Below are positions 26,651 to 37,260 of a stretch of DNA of 64,000 nucleotides, piece by piece. Below the pieces are notes generated by a model. That model had not been told where the DNA came from and did no database searches. It saw only the letters and a list, made by a program, of their open reading frames with translations. The DNA comes from a virus (Duplodnaviria; Caudoviricetes): IMG/VR virus record IMGVR_UViG_3300025789_000018. The stretch is one strand, 5' to 3'. Positions within the stretch are counted from its first letter, which is position 1. Every line of letters starts with the position of its first letter. The position numbers were made by a program, and so were the translations under genes.

Positions 26651-28650
26651 TAAGCAGTATCTCCACCAAGTACCCAAACAGCCGCGGCACCAGCATTTGA
26701 TCTTACGTACACTGTTGCTAATGCCCATTGACCACCAGTATTTGCACCAGTTGATCTATGAAAGAATGTTGTACCAGCAGCGTTAGCAAATGTAACGTTG
26801 CCTGTATTTACTTGAACGATTGTGCAAGTAAACCCAGCGGGCGCACTATTTGGAAGTGTTACGGTTGCAGCAGCAGTATTGTTTATTTCAAGTATTTTAC
26901 CAGAATCCGTATTTGCAAGAGTATAAGCTGTTACTGATTGTAAGTTTACGTTTGCAAGGAACCCTGTGATAATAGAGTTAGAGAACGTGGTCGCTGCGTT
27001 AGTGATAACCACGTTCTGTGTTGCATTTCCTACAGTAACGTTTGCTGTTGCGGTGTATATAGCAGCATTCACTACACCAGTTGTATTTGCTACGAATACA
27101 CCAGATGTATTTGCGATTACGTTAGATGATGCTAGATTAGATGATGTCGTTACAAACAACGTTGCTGTGTTTGTTTGACCAGTAATGTTGATTGCAGCAG
27201 TATTTACCAATGTAGAGTTAGCAGTAAATGTTGTGCTAACGTTGATAGAGCCTGTCGCGTATAACTTTGTAAGATTTAATGTACCAGATGAATCATTTTG
27301 TGTACCATTGCCTAGTGACAATGACGCGGCAGCAGAACGAGAAATACCCGAATCATTATTCCAAGATACTACTTGACCAGCAGCAACATTTACATAACCT
27401 GTTGTGGTTATACCTGTTGAGTTGGCAATAAATGAAGTACCGACAGAGTGTACAGCAGCGTTTACTACACCAGTTGTATTGGATACAAAGACACCGGCAG
27501 TATTAGCAATAACGTTAGATGACGCCAAGTTTGCTGATGTTGTTACAAACAATGTTGCTGTGTTTGTTTGATATATCACGTTTAATGAAGAAGCATTGAC
27601 CAGCGTAGAGTTGGCAGTAAGTGATATGCCTAGACCAGTTGAGTTGGCAATATAGAAACTATCACAACCAACCGCATATTTGTTGGTGGTAGTGATATTA
27701 GTTCCATTTGCTGGATTCTGAAAATATGTTCCAAAAAGATTCGTTACATTGTAAGTATTTAATGACGCAAGCGTTTGCGTAGCAAAATAGTTCATATACA
27801 AGGAATTGATATTGCTTGTCCCGAACGTATCTGTCCAAGTGGCGGGAAATTGACTTAACGAGAAGCTATAGTTTATAGCACCGGAGTTAACCTGACCACC
27901 ACCAGGAAATAAAGTAGTTTGACCGGCAAGTGTAACTGTACAGTTGGCATTTGCGGTTACTGTTCCGATTGCAATCGCAGTAGTTGTACCAGATCCGTTT
28001 AGGGCTCCCATCGTGATGGAGAGTTTATTTCCCGATGCGAGTGTGCCGCCACCAATATATATGGTTTGGTTTGCTGAAGATTGACCTAGAGTGATTGTTC
28101 CCCGACCTGTTGTTCCACCAATCGTTATTAAGCTTGTAGAGTTGCCAGTAACAAAAAAACCTGAGTTGACAGTCAAGTTGGAGTTAAATATTTGTGTGTT
28201 TGTCCAAGTATATTGTGCAGCAGTATTAATACCACTAACAGTGCCCCAATAAACATTGCCGACACCATTAGATGTCAGAACCTGGCCTACTGTGCCTTGT
28301 GATCCTGTCGAATCGATGATCTTAGAACCAGATGCAAAGGTTAAGTTAGCAGTGGATGTTAATCCAATGTTTGCTGTTGCAATGTAAATAGCAGCGTTTA
28401 CTACACCAGTCGTATTGGATACAAAGACGCCGGCTGAGTTGATCGATACGTTACCACCAGATACGCTGTATGATGGAGCATTTGCGCCCACTACCAACAA
28501 GTTTGTGCCGTCAGATGTATAGAGAATCTGATCTGGCATATTCAACGCAAGACCGCCAGCATTGATATACTGACTGTTGGTTGAAACCGTAGTATTAGGT
28601 TGTCTACCAGCAACAGATGTGCGGAAGACTTGCAACACAGTATTGGCCAT
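26650..28650 (-). CDS. Tail-fibre protein (666 aa)
   Basis: N-terminal LQVFRTSVAGRQP..GGLALN..DQILYTSDG resembles distal-fibre attachment motifs. Shaft repeats are shared with the 1094-aa protein. Confidence 0.75.
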   Translation of the reverse strand: MANTVLQVFRTSVAGRQPNTTVSTNSQYINAGGLALNMPDQILYTSDGTNLLVVGANAPSYSVSGGNVSINSAGVFVSNTTGVVNAAIYIATANIGLTSTANLTFASGSKIIDSTGSQGTVGQVLTSNGVGNVYWGTVSGINTAAQYTWTNTQIFNSNLTVNSGFFVTGNSTSLITIGGTTGRGTITLGQSSANQTIYIGGGTLASGNKLSITMGALNGSGTTTAIAIGTVTANANCTVTLAGQTTLFPGGGQVNSGAINYSFSLSQFPATWTDTFGTSNINSLYMNYFATQTLASLNTYNVTNLFGTYFQNPANGTNITTTNKYAVGCDSFYIANSTGLGISLTANSTLVNASSLNVIYQTNTATLFVTTSANLASSNVIANTAGVFVSNTTGVVNAAVHSVGTSFIANSTGITTTGYVNVAAGQVVSWNNDSGISRSAAASLSLGNGTQNDSSGTLNLTKLYATGSINVSTTFTANSTLVNTAAINITGQTNTATLFVTTSSNLASSNVIANTSGVFVANTTGVVNAAIYTATANVTVGNATQNVVITNAATTFSNSIITGFLANVNLQSVTAYTLANTDSGKILEINNTAAATVTLPNSAPAGFTCTIVQVNTGNVTFANAAGTTFFHRSTGANTGGQWALATVYVRSNAGAAAVWVLGGDTA

Positions 28651-28684
28651 ATGGCACCTCTAAGTCAACTGGTATGTACCAGTA

Positions 28685-28891
28685 TTAAAAATCTTCTTCA
28701 GTCTTCTTTGCTACTGACTTCTTTCCTGCTTTATCTAAAGCAATCCGAAGCTTTTCGTTCTCAATATTTAGTTCTTCAATCGCCTTTGTTTTGAAATGAG
28801 AGTCCGTCTCTAGAAACAAGACTCTCGTTTGCAAGTCGATTAATGTAGCTTTCATCTTTTCAATATAAACAGTGATAAACTCTTCAGTCAT
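28685..28891 (-). CDS. Small coiled-coil protein (possible fibre-assembly factor)
   Basis: Heptad-like LIDLQTRVLFLE..IEELNIENEKLRIAL. AGGA RBS. Confidence 0.45.
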   Translation of the reverse strand: MTEEFITVYIEKMKATLIDLQTRVLFLETDSHFKTKAIEELNIENEKLRIALDKAGKKSVAKKTEEDF

Positions 28892-28903
28892 AATATATCC
28901 TTA

Positions 28904-31900
28904 TTAGAATGTCCCGCCGTCGATACCTCCGAATGCTGGGATATTATTTAGAATCTGTAGAACAGTGCCGTTAGCACCAGCAGATGCTAGGCCAACTGGT
29001 CCAGAGCCGTTACCATAGAGAACAGCAGCAGAAGTTAGTGTCAGTAGACCAGTACCACCAGAACCTGCTCCAAGAGCAGTGGCAAGCGATAGTGTGTTAG
29101 CAGTGATGTTGACATTGACAGTCGAATTCGCTGTGATCGTAACACCAGACTGAGTTGATGTGACACCAAGGAATGACAATGGCATTGGTGACTGAGTAGC
29201 ACCAATCGTCGCACCAAATGGCGTTGTGTTCGCTGGATATGATGGGTTAGAAATCTGATTGTTTGAAACAAATAGTGAGAAGCTATTTGAAGATGCAACA
29301 CGAGCCAAGCCATAGAATGCTGTATAATAAGCATTCGCAGTACCAACAGAACTTGTACCAGAAGCAACCTGAGACATAATCAAGTTGGTCGAGTTGACCA
29401 CAGTAACAAATGTGTTCGCAGGAATGTTTGTACCAGTGATCAACTCACCGACATAGAAGCCAGCAGTTGTTGTCATCTGTACGTTAGCAGAGTTTAATGT
29501 TGTATTCGCTGTAATGTTGGTTGCAGACTGAATAGGCGCACTTGAAATGAATCCAGTGTCTATTACGTCGGCTGTGGTATTATATGCTATACCTGATGGT
29601 GAAACATAGTTAGGGCTATTTTCATCAGCAAGACCAATGATATTGTCATTGACGTTTAGATTGGTAGTATTGATTGAAGCAAGTGTGCCTTGGACATATA
29701 AGTTGCCAGAAATAATGGCATTCTGTACGCTAAGATTTGCTGATGTAGCTGAAACGTTACCGCCAGTAAACTGAAGAACTGAACTATTAACGTTGAAACC
29801 GTATGATGTTGCAACTGATGTTGTATTGATTGTTGTATTGCCAAGAGTGTTAGCAATCGCAATGTTTGTTGGACCTGTGACTGTTGAGTTACCAGAAACA
29901 TAGCCAGCAGTAGATACGTTTGTCGTTGGAGTAACAGCAGAACCAACCGAAGAGTGTATATTGGCTTGGACAACACCAGAAGTGTTGGCAACGAACACAC
30001 CAGAAGTATTAGCAATAACGTTAGATGATGCTATATTAGCTGATGTCGTAACGTATAATGTTGCTGTATTGATTTGATTTGTGACGTTTAGATATGAACC
30101 AACAGTAAGTGATGATCCAAAGTTAACGGCACCAGAGATGTTTGCAGTACCAGTGACGGCAAGTGTAGCATTAGGTGCAGTATTGCCAATACCAACGTTG
30201 CCGCTGTTTGTGATACGCATTCTTTCATTGGAAGCCAACTGACCACCAGTAAAGAAGTTGATGTAGTTTGTGCCACCACCTAGAGATGCAACACCGATCG
30301 ACAAGTTTGTATTAGCAGAATATAGATAAGCATCTGATGGCTGGCTGATCGTCCAAGAAGAGTTCGACCAGTTGACACCGACCATACCAAAGTCAGCGAA
30401 GTTATTGCCAGAAGGTCCATTACTATCAAAGACAATAAAGTCTGTCGATGACTGTGTGCCTGTGTTGGCATTCCACATAACCATTTCGACATAGCTGTTT
30501 TGATTACCAGCAAACTCTGCGATAGATGAATCACCAGCATTAAAGCCAATAACAACATTCATATAACTGTTGCCAGTAGCTAATACAGAAGTATTGGCGA
30601 GAGATCCACCACTTGATGTGCCGTATGAACCAGCTTTAAGTGCAAATGCGTTAACAACACCTGTAGCATTTGCGACAAACACACCAGAGGTATTTGCGAT
30701 TACGTTAGATGATGCGATATTGGCTGATGTAGTGACAAAAAGTGTTGCGGTATTTGTTTGACCAGTAATATTAACGGCAGCAGCATTAACTAGTGTAGAG
30801 TTAGCAGTAAATGTGGCACCAGTCTGTACTGTAGTCGCATTTACTGTGCCAGTGGTCCAAACGCCTGTTGCATTAAGCTGTACGGCTGATGCGATATTAG
30901 CTGATGTTGTTGCATAGATCGTAGCAGCATTCACCTGACCAGATACGTTGATGTATGGACCAGAGAAACCAGTAGTTGCATAGATCGTACCAGCATTTAC
31001 TGTAGCAGTATTGACTGATGAACCCTGAACAACTGTTGAGCCTATTGCCAATGTTGTCGATGATAGGTTAGCAATAGATGCACCACCCGTACCACTGATT
31101 ACCTGAACAAAAGTAGAACCAGTGTTTGATTGTACAACAATATTAGCACTTGATGTGATTGAACTGTTGCCGATTGCAAGACTTGCTGATGTTAAGTTTG
31201 CAACAGATGACGAGTTCTGAATGGTAAACTGTGGCGCACCAGAGATTGTGTTATTACCGTAAGAAACAGAAGTTGTACTGTTTGTTGTGATTGTAAAAGA
31301 TGGTGCAGTTGATGTATTACCAGCAACAGAAATCGATGTTGTGTTGATCTGTACGTTACCAACGTTGGCATATACACCAATAGAAACGTTAGAACTAAAA
31401 GTAATAGTGTTCTGGAATGTCTGAGTATTTGACCAGTTCCAGTTGTTTGCAGCGATCTGGGCACCAGTTAGACCAGCAGAAGCAGCAGCCCAGTAAGGAG
31501 CGCCTGTGGCACCATTTGTTGTTAGAACATAACCAGCAGTACCAGTTGAACCGTTAGCATTTAATGGAATACCAGAAATAGTGACCTGAGTTGTATTTGC
31601 AACAAAAGTCGCACCATTTGTGCTGAGTGAGTTTGCTTGGACTGTGTTGGCCGCAATCGCAGTTACAGAACTATTACCACCAGAGAATGTGATGCTGTTT
31701 CCAGAGAACGTCTGGTTATTTGTCCATGTATATGCAAAGCTAGTGTTAGCACCGCCAGAAGCGATCTTACCAGAGACATATGTGATAATAGCTTGTGATG
31801 TTACAAGTTCTGAACCAGAACCGCCACCAGATGCATTTGCACCAAGTATTGATGATGATGTTGAGTTAGAAATAGAAGTGATTAGAACGTTTGATGGAGT

Positions 31901-32188
31901 CAAAGCAGATGTTGTGATCATCAACCCTGAAGTCAGTGTATTTGAAATGAATGAGTTGGCGTCAACGACTACCGTAGCATTAGCGGCAAGAGTACCAGGC
32001 GTAACTACGTTATTGACATATCCGTATTTGGTACCACCAATGAGCAAAGCAGTTGTACCAACGCCAGTCTGAGCGCCGATGAAGAATCCGTTTGATGAAT
32101 ACGAATAAGCAAGTTCACCGCCATTCAACGTAGTAGTTGGTGTAGCTGATGTGTTACTACGTCTGATTTGAACGATTGTATTTGACAT
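28904..32188 (-). CDS. Tail-fibre protein (1094 aa)
   Basis: N-terminal IVQIRRS..ATPT..LNGGELAYS, ERMRITNSGNVGIGNTAP repeat, LNVNDNIIGL domain, C-terminal IDGGTF. Confidence 0.75.
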   Translation of the reverse strand: MSNTIVQIRRSNTSATPTTTLNGGELAYSYSSNGFFIGAQTGVGTTALLIGGTKYGYVNNVVTPGTLAANATVVVDANSFISNTLTSGLMITTSALTPSNVLITSISNSTSSSILGANASGGGSGSELVTSQAIITYVSGKIASGGANTSFAYTWTNNQTFSGNSITFSGGNSSVTAIAANTVQANSLSTNGATFVANTTQVTISGIPLNANGSTGTAGYVLTTNGATGAPYWAAASAGLTGAQIAANNWNWSNTQTFQNTITFSSNVSIGVYANVGNVQINTTSISVAGNTSTAPSFTITTNSTTSVSYGNNTISGAPQFTIQNSSSVANLTSASLAIGNSSITSSANIVVQSNTGSTFVQVISGTGGASIANLSSTTLAIGSTVVQGSSVNTATVNAGTIYATTGFSGPYINVSGQVNAATIYATTSANIASAVQLNATGVWTTGTVNATTVQTGATFTANSTLVNAAAVNITGQTNTATLFVTTSANIASSNVIANTSGVFVANATGVVNAFALKAGSYGTSSGGSLANTSVLATGNSYMNVVIGFNAGDSSIAEFAGNQNSYVEMVMWNANTGTQSSTDFIVFDSNGPSGNNFADFGMVGVNWSNSSWTISQPSDAYLYSANTNLSIGVASLGGGTNYINFFTGGQLASNERMRITNSGNVGIGNTAPNATLAVTGTANISGAVNFGSSLTVGSYLNVTNQINTATLYVTTSANIASSNVIANTSGVFVANTSGVVQANIHSSVGSAVTPTTNVSTAGYVSGNSTVTGPTNIAIANTLGNTTINTTSVATSYGFNVNSSVLQFTGGNVSATSANLSVQNAIISGNLYVQGTLASINTTNLNVNDNIIGLADENSPNYVSPSGIAYNTTADVIDTGFISSAPIQSATNITANTTLNSANVQMTTTAGFYVGELITGTNIPANTFVTVVNSTNLIMSQVASGTSSVGTANAYYTAFYGLARVASSNSFSLFVSNNQISNPSYPANTTPFGATIGATQSPMPLSFLGVTSTQSGVTITANSTVNVNITANTLSLATALGAGSGGTGLLTLTSAAVLYGNGSGPVGLASAGANGTVLQILNNIPAFGGIDGGTF

Positions 32189-32532
32189 TAGAAGTTCCCG
32201 CCATCGATGCTAGTTATGTTTAAGTTATTTGGAGATTCCAGAATAAACTTTTCTTCTTCAGCATTATATACGAGAGTATTACCATCAGACTCGTCAAGTA
32301 GTTCAACGTCTAATAGACCACGTAACTCATTTGCGGCAATCAATGCATCATTTCTTATTACAATAGGTGTCGCGTTTGTTGAAAATCGAATAGGATTAGT
32401 TACTGGAGCAGATACTTCTGCTTCAATGTTTTCATGTTCTGCACCAACCTTAACCGATTTTGGTGCAAATGTATTTGTTCCGATTTTAATATTCGAATTG
32501 CCCGTAGGGCTAATTCTTACATTAATCGCCAT
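32188..32532 (-). CDS. Small virion/fibre-associated protein ending DGGNF
   Basis: L.GLLDV.....DGNTLVYN...KFI and a terminal IDGGNF motif like the adjacent fibre. Confidence 0.5.
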   Translation of the reverse strand: MAINVRISPTGNSNIKIGTNTFAPKSVKVGAEHENIEAEVSAPVTNPIRFSTNATPIVIRNDALIAANELRGLLDVELLDESDGNTLVYNAEEEKFILESPNNLNITSIDGGNF

Positions 32533-32878
32533 ATGTCACTCCAGAAAGATGAGTGACTTCAGGTGTAACTGTCAAGATGCCTTCAACAACTCGGACAATG
32601 TTATTGCTTGTGTCGATGGTGATTACGTCATAGACATACCTACCATACCACAAAGCCGCAGTTGTGTTTGCGTCTAGTGATAACTCAATGATTCCATTTG
32701 TTGGTTGAGGTATCGAAACATTAAATGATACAGAGTTGGAAGACGTATACCACTTGCGAACTTGTGCCTGGGCAGTGTAGCCAGTCAAGTCTAATGGTTG
32801 ACCACTATCGCCAGTCAAGTTCAATGTTGTATTGAACGTTGTGCCTTGATCTAAAATGATGTCTGCATGGGCCGCCAT
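32522..32878 (-). CDS. Small baseplate/virion protein (BppU-N-like)
   Basis: IILDQGTTF...L......PLDLTGYTAQAQVRK..GRYVYDV....RVVEGILTVTPEVT. Confidence 0.6.
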   Translation of the reverse strand: MAAHADIILDQGTTFNTTLNLTGDSGQPLDLTGYTAQAQVRKWYTSSNSVSFNVSIPQPTNGIIELSLDANTTAALWYGRYVYDVITIDTSNNIVRVVEGILTVTPEVTHLSGVTYGD

Positions 32879-32881
32879 ATT

Positions 32882-33583
32882 TTATCCTTTTACCGATATT
32901 TTATTATAGTTGTGTTTGCATTTGTCACCGTGCCATCTAGTCATATTTGGCGCATCCACCATTACGTGACAATATACACATTCTTCTTTAGGACGAACGT
33001 AACCCATACTATATGCAGATTTTCTATTTTTCAATTTCAATTTTTGTTCTTCTGTTCTAGTTTTACCCAGATTTTTGCCAATCATAGAAATTGATCTTTT
33101 ATGTTTATGCTCTTCTGATTGATTTTTGCCAAAATTAGGATTATTACTTCCTTTTAGAGATTCGCTTATTCTTTTTTTAGATTCGGATGTATGTAATTTG
33201 TCTAAACGAGGATGCTTTCTGCCGCCGGCGTCAACATTCCAATTTTGATTTCTCATCCAATTATCATCTCCGAAATGACGACTACTCGATGGATCAATTG
33301 ATATGTTGTCTGTTTTATTTAGAAAGTTGGCGCGATTGACAACATTCATTCTTTTCAATACTTTATTTTCCCATTTTCGAGCAGAATCAATATCATCGAA
33401 TGTTTTTCTTATTTGTATCACATTTGGTGCACCATTTTCTTGACAAAATGATGATACGTGTTTTGATGATGTGAAATATGTTTTCCACAATTCGCCAACG
33501 TTGCAACCTCTAGCATATCTTACACCATAATACCAGACATCAAGTTCTTTCCAACCTATCAGATATGTATACGCAACAACCAT
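32882..33583 (-). mobile_element. GIY-YIG-like homing endonuclease with NUMOD3 repeats
   Basis: AYTYLIGW....WYYGVRYA.GC...ELWKTYFTSSKHV, KGSNNPNFGK.QSEEHK, terminal C..C..RWHGDKCK. Confidence 0.8.
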
Positions 33584-33605
33584 AACACTTTCCTATCTTT
33601 TCTTT

Positions 33606-33613
33606 TATTTATA
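33606..33613 (-). promoter_or_regulatory. Late promoter for endonuclease 32882..33583
   Basis: Exact TATAAATA directly after the upstream stop codon. Confidence 0.75.
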
Positions 33614-34186
33614 TTAGATAGACAGTGAAGTTCTTTCAAAGTTGACATTACCCGTAGTCTGTGTTGGCGATACTAGAAGATTGACATAACCAGAAGAGAT
33701 ATTGGCTGAGAAAGTGCCCATAACGCCATTAGTTTGTAACGTTGCGTATTCTGTAATAAAAACATTTGCTCCACCATCCTGTAAAACCATGATTTCGGTG
33801 CATTGGTGTCCAATACCCGTATCAATCTGAAGTAGATACTTTGCGCTACGAAAAGAAGTAAGTGGAAACTTGTCAACAATCTGATTTGCTGTGCCTGTCG
33901 TTAATACTGTTTGACCAGCAACATATGTGGCAGTGTTCATTGTGACATTGCTTGTGACAATAAGTGTGTTTGATACAGTATTGTTTCCACCTTGAATGCT
34001 ACCAAGTGCAATCAAAGTGTTGGCTGAAAACTGTCCATTCACATAAGCATTACCTGAGGTGACACCAAGAGTTGAGTTTGCCGTTAAAATACTAAGTGAC
34101 AAGTTCGCGCACAACTGATTCGTTGTCTGAATCCAGTTATAGAATGTGCCTGTTGTGGTACTAACGTTAGCTGTTGCTATTGACAT
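33614..34186 (-). CDS. Virion structural protein
   Basis: TF.NWIQ.TNQL N-terminus and RSAKYLLQI......Q.TEI.VL.DG......EYA C-terminal domain typical of large-myovirus fibre proteins. Confidence 0.55.
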   Translation of the reverse strand: MSIATANVSTTTGTFYNWIQTTNQLCANLSLSILTANSTLGVTSGNAYVNGQFSANTLIALGSIQGGNNTVSNTLIVTSNVTMNTATYVAGQTVLTTGTANQIVDKFPLTSFRSAKYLLQIDTGIGHQCTEIMVLQDGGANVFITEYATLQTNGVMGTFSANISSGYVNLLVSPTQTTGNVNFERTSLSI

Positions 34187-34397
34187 CTTTATTTGCTACC
34201 AAAAGTTTGAGAAGATTTTTTATTTCATTAACATCATTTGAAAGATCATCGATACGCTTATTTGTTTTTTCATTTTCAAGTAAACGATTGCGTTCTGTCA
34301 AATGCTGATTTAACTCGCCAATGTTTTTATTTATGATAGCACCCGTTCGTGAATCTCTGCATAGTCCAGGCACATTGGTCTGAATAAGAGTTTGCAT
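34167..34397 (-). CDS. Conserved small T4-like protein following the DUF4815 cluster
   Basis: GL.RD..TGAIIN.N and L..DVNEIK.LLKLL pattern. Confidence 0.55.
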   Translation of the reverse strand: MQTLIQTNVPGLCRDSRTGAIINKNIGELNQHLTERNRLLENEKTNKRIDDLSNDVNEIKNLLKLLVANKDVNSNS

Positions 34398-36691
34398 TAT
34401 GAACTTGTACCGATAGCAGTTAGACTTGCAACACGAGGTGTTACCGAAGTGCTATTTGAAACCAATACAAGCTTGACTTGTAAAGTATCATATCCATCAA
34501 CAGGTGTTAACGAAGTATTGTAATATCTTGCAATATTCTGATTTTGTGGATTATTAAATGTCTGTGATGGATCATTGATCAGATCGATATAATAACCAGG
34601 TTGACCGAGAATACTTGTGTTTGATACTGCGGTGTCAAGGGTTAGCACAGTATTACTGGTAACAGAAGTTACGGCAGCAATAACGTAGTTTGATGGAATA
34701 AGTGGATTCCAAATCTTGACAACACTATTGACTGGGATTTCAGTACCAAAGTTAGTATTAGCGCCAGTCACTACCGCGTTTGCTGTAGCTGAGAATGCAA
34801 CACCAACAGTCACAGAACCATTTGCTGTGTATGCGCTTGGTGGAAATGCAGGAAGACCCCAACTCTGAGCAATATAGTTGTTGGTTACTGGTGAACTGAC
34901 AGCATTAGATGATGCGTTTGCTGGATACAGAAGCGTCCATTCTTTTGCATTAAATCCATCTGAATCGTGTGAGTTGTAAATCTTTGCATAAGGCTGAACA
35001 TATGTGCCAGCGGGAATATAAGAAATCGTTTGTACAACAAGATCCTGTGCAGGATAAGTCGAATCAAAGTTGATCTTGGTTGTGATGTGTCTAGACGCGG
35101 CTAAGCCAGAAGCAGGAGCAGTTTCACCAACTAGTGTATTGTTGATTGTCACCGCGCTAGAATAAACGTCTAGACCCTCTGAGGTAACAACAGGGCTGCT
35201 ATAGATAGAACCGCTAGTGTTTTGAGCGAGAGTGATGTTCAATACACCAGATTTATTTCTCACGCCGTAGAGCGTGTTAGTAGCTGCCACAACTTCATGT
35301 GATCTTGATGCCACAACAGCGTTATAACCAGAAACTGTATTGTTTGCGTAGTTTACGGCTGCTTGCACTGGAGTTAGTGCATATGTGTTCGAACTTGAAT
35401 ATGCAAACTGAGAACTTAATGCATATGTTGCGCTTTGTGGAGTATTGATAACGATTTCTGGCTGAAACGATCCAACAGGAAAGTTAACAATAGATGAAAT
35501 GTATGCAGTAGATCCCGTGAACTCACCAACAACAGGCGTCAATGAATATACCTGAGCAGTACCAGTTGTGCCTGTAAATGAAGTTGAGACATTGATCGCT
35601 GAAGTATTGATGATAGCCGAGATTGTTGTTCCCGTAGTAATACCAGCAACGTTTGCGGTGATTGGCTGACCAACAAATAGATTTGTCGTTGATGACAATC
35701 CAGTATATTGGTTATTGCCATTTGTCAAAGTAGCAGTAAAGTATGTTCCTCTATTAAAGAGGTAGTTTGAGTTTGATGCCGTCGAGTTGGACAGATACAA
35801 AACGTTAGCTGATTGGTTGTTATAATAAGACACACCAATAGGAGCAGTAAAGAAACTTGCTGAAGTGTTTGTGCTTGGAAAAGCCTGATCGACAGTCATT
35901 GTTGTATTATTGGCAATCGCAACAACATTACGGACTAGATAAGTGTTCGCGCTTGTATACACGATAAGCTGAGTATTAGTCGCGAATGTGCTTTGGAATG
36001 ATGTTCCTGTTCCGATTACCGTATTGCTACCTGAACTGAATGCAACTGTACCAGTAAGATTTGCGACTAGAGGAAAAACTCTTTCGCCACCCAAGAATGA
36101 ACCTGTTTGATTTGTGATAACAAAAAACTCATAATCACCATTGACAAGTTGATATGTCGCGTTATTTGAACTAAACTGTGCAACACTAACACCATACTTC
36201 AACTGTGCATTATTGACAGGAGTAATGTTGCCACTATTGCCGTAATCAAATAGTTGCCCTGGTGTACCGCCAGCGAAGCCAGTAAACCCTGTGTTCTGTG
36301 CAGCGCCTACAATATCATTGCCTACTTGTGCAGTCCAAAGAATATATGCAGGGTCATCTGCTTGAACGTTGATAGCATATGTTTTTCCAGTATTTAACTG
36401 GAGTGGAGCAGGAAACGTAAAAGTTGTTTTAGTTGCTGATGTTGCATCTACGTTAATAGATGCATATGGAAGATTTGCAACCGAACCACTGAGAACAGAG
36501 TTGAATAGTGGAGCACCATTAGAATCTGTAGGCGAAACGCTGATCGTTACTGTTGGATTATTAATCCCAGATGCATTGTTTGTAGCACTAGGTTTTGCCT
36601 GAAAATACAAATCAACGCTTGTCAGAAATACCGTAGCACTCTGATTGACTGAGTTTGGATCCAAATAAAATGTTTGCGAGTTGATATACAT
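34397..36691 (-). CDS. Baseplate/virion structural protein (C-terminal DUF4815/VrlC-like region)
   Basis: SQTFY....VFLTSVDLYFQAKP start and FD.LQVKLVL.SNS...TPRV..L.AI-like end. Confidence 0.7.
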   Translation of the reverse strand: MYINSQTFYLDPNSVNQSATVFLTSVDLYFQAKPSATNNASGINNPTVTISVSPTDSNGAPLFNSVLSGSVANLPYASINVDATSATKTTFTFPAPLQLNTGKTYAINVQADDPAYILWTAQVGNDIVGAAQNTGFTGFAGGTPGQLFDYGNSGNITPVNNAQLKYGVSVAQFSSNNATYQLVNGDYEFFVITNQTGSFLGGERVFPLVANLTGTVAFSSGSNTVIGTGTSFQSTFATNTQLIVYTSANTYLVRNVVAIANNTTMTVDQAFPSTNTSASFFTAPIGVSYYNNQSANVLYLSNSTASNSNYLFNRGTYFTATLTNGNNQYTGLSSTTNLFVGQPITANVAGITTGTTISAIINTSAINVSTSFTGTTGTAQVYSLTPVVGEFTGSTAYISSIVNFPVGSFQPEIVINTPQSATYALSSQFAYSSSNTYALTPVQAAVNYANNTVSGYNAVVASRSHEVVAATNTLYGVRNKSGVLNITLAQNTSGSIYSSPVVTSEGLDVYSSAVTINNTLVGETAPASGLAASRHITTKINFDSTYPAQDLVVQTISYIPAGTYVQPYAKIYNSHDSDGFNAKEWTLLYPANASSNAVSSPVTNNYIAQSWGLPAFPPSAYTANGSVTVGVAFSATANAVVTGANTNFGTEIPVNSVVKIWNPLIPSNYVIAAVTSVTSNTVLTLDTAVSNTSILGQPGYYIDLINDPSQTFNNPQNQNIARYYNTSLTPVDGYDTLQVKLVLVSNSTSVTPRVASLTAIGTSS

Positions 36692-36706
36692 TATAGCCCT
36701 ATCAGA

Positions 36707-37258
36707 TTAAAAAAACGTTCCGTGTGGACCCAGGCTGGGTTCTCGACGGCGCCAAGACCGTGGTGTTGGTTGTGCGATAGTGATTGTCACCTGAGCAGTT
36801 GACGTGCCATCTGCGCTACTCAACAGCCCTATCTTATTACCAATCAGATTATTTATCAATGATTGTGTGGCGGTCACGTTAGTCCCAGTTGAAATGCCTG
36901 AGTTGTAGAAATAAGTGAAAGAGATTGCACCATTAGCATCTGTGATTAACTGACCACCAAGAACACCACCTGTCGGCTGACACATAGAAGAAACGTTTGT
37001 TCCGTTGAATGTGAATGTATGAATAGTGTTTGGCTTCAATCCAGTAGCAGAAAGATTGAATGCTTGATTTGATGCGGTATAGTTGCTGGCACGAGCAAGT
37101 TGTTCTACAGCAACAGTTACACCGAGTGGTGTTGTGAGTGGTGTATCTGGACCAATAGTTGGTGGAGTTATAATAGAACCTTGAGGTACAGCCAAGTTTG
37201 TGTACCCGTTTGGTAATCCTACAACACCATTAGTTACTGAGTAAATAGAACCTGCCAT
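36707..37258 (-). CDS. Structural protein of the DUF4815 cluster; probable start MAGSIYS at 37258
   Basis: F.LSATGLKPNT.H.F.FNG.NVS....P......L.TDANG...F matches the mid-region of VrlC-like proteins. Confidence 0.6.
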   Translation of the reverse strand: MAGSIYSVTNGVVGLPNGYTNLAVPQGSIITPPTIGPDTPLTTPLGVTVAVEQLARASNYTASNQAFNLSATGLKPNTIHTFTFNGTNVSSMCQPTGGVLGGQLITDANGAISFTYFYNSGISTGTNVTATQSLINNLIGNKIGLLSSADGTSTAQVTITIAQPTPRSWRRREPSLGPHGTFF

Positions 37259-37260
37259 TA

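Noticed and set aside
21844-30930. Diversity-generating retroelement (TR/VR) among fibre and adhesin repeats
   Set aside because: Repeat differences are spread over all bases and are mostly synonymous rather than adenine-specific. No reverse transcriptase is present in the window.
36692-36790. Odd Arg-rich tail (PRSWRRREPSLGPHGTFF) and a T7 run at the end of the 36707 gene as a programmed frameshift
   Set aside because: The alternative frames stop within a few codons of the same point and do not fuse to the next gene. The -1 frame (TTNTTVLAPSRTQPGSTRNVFLI) looks more native, so a 1-nt indel or assembly error is the simpler explanation.
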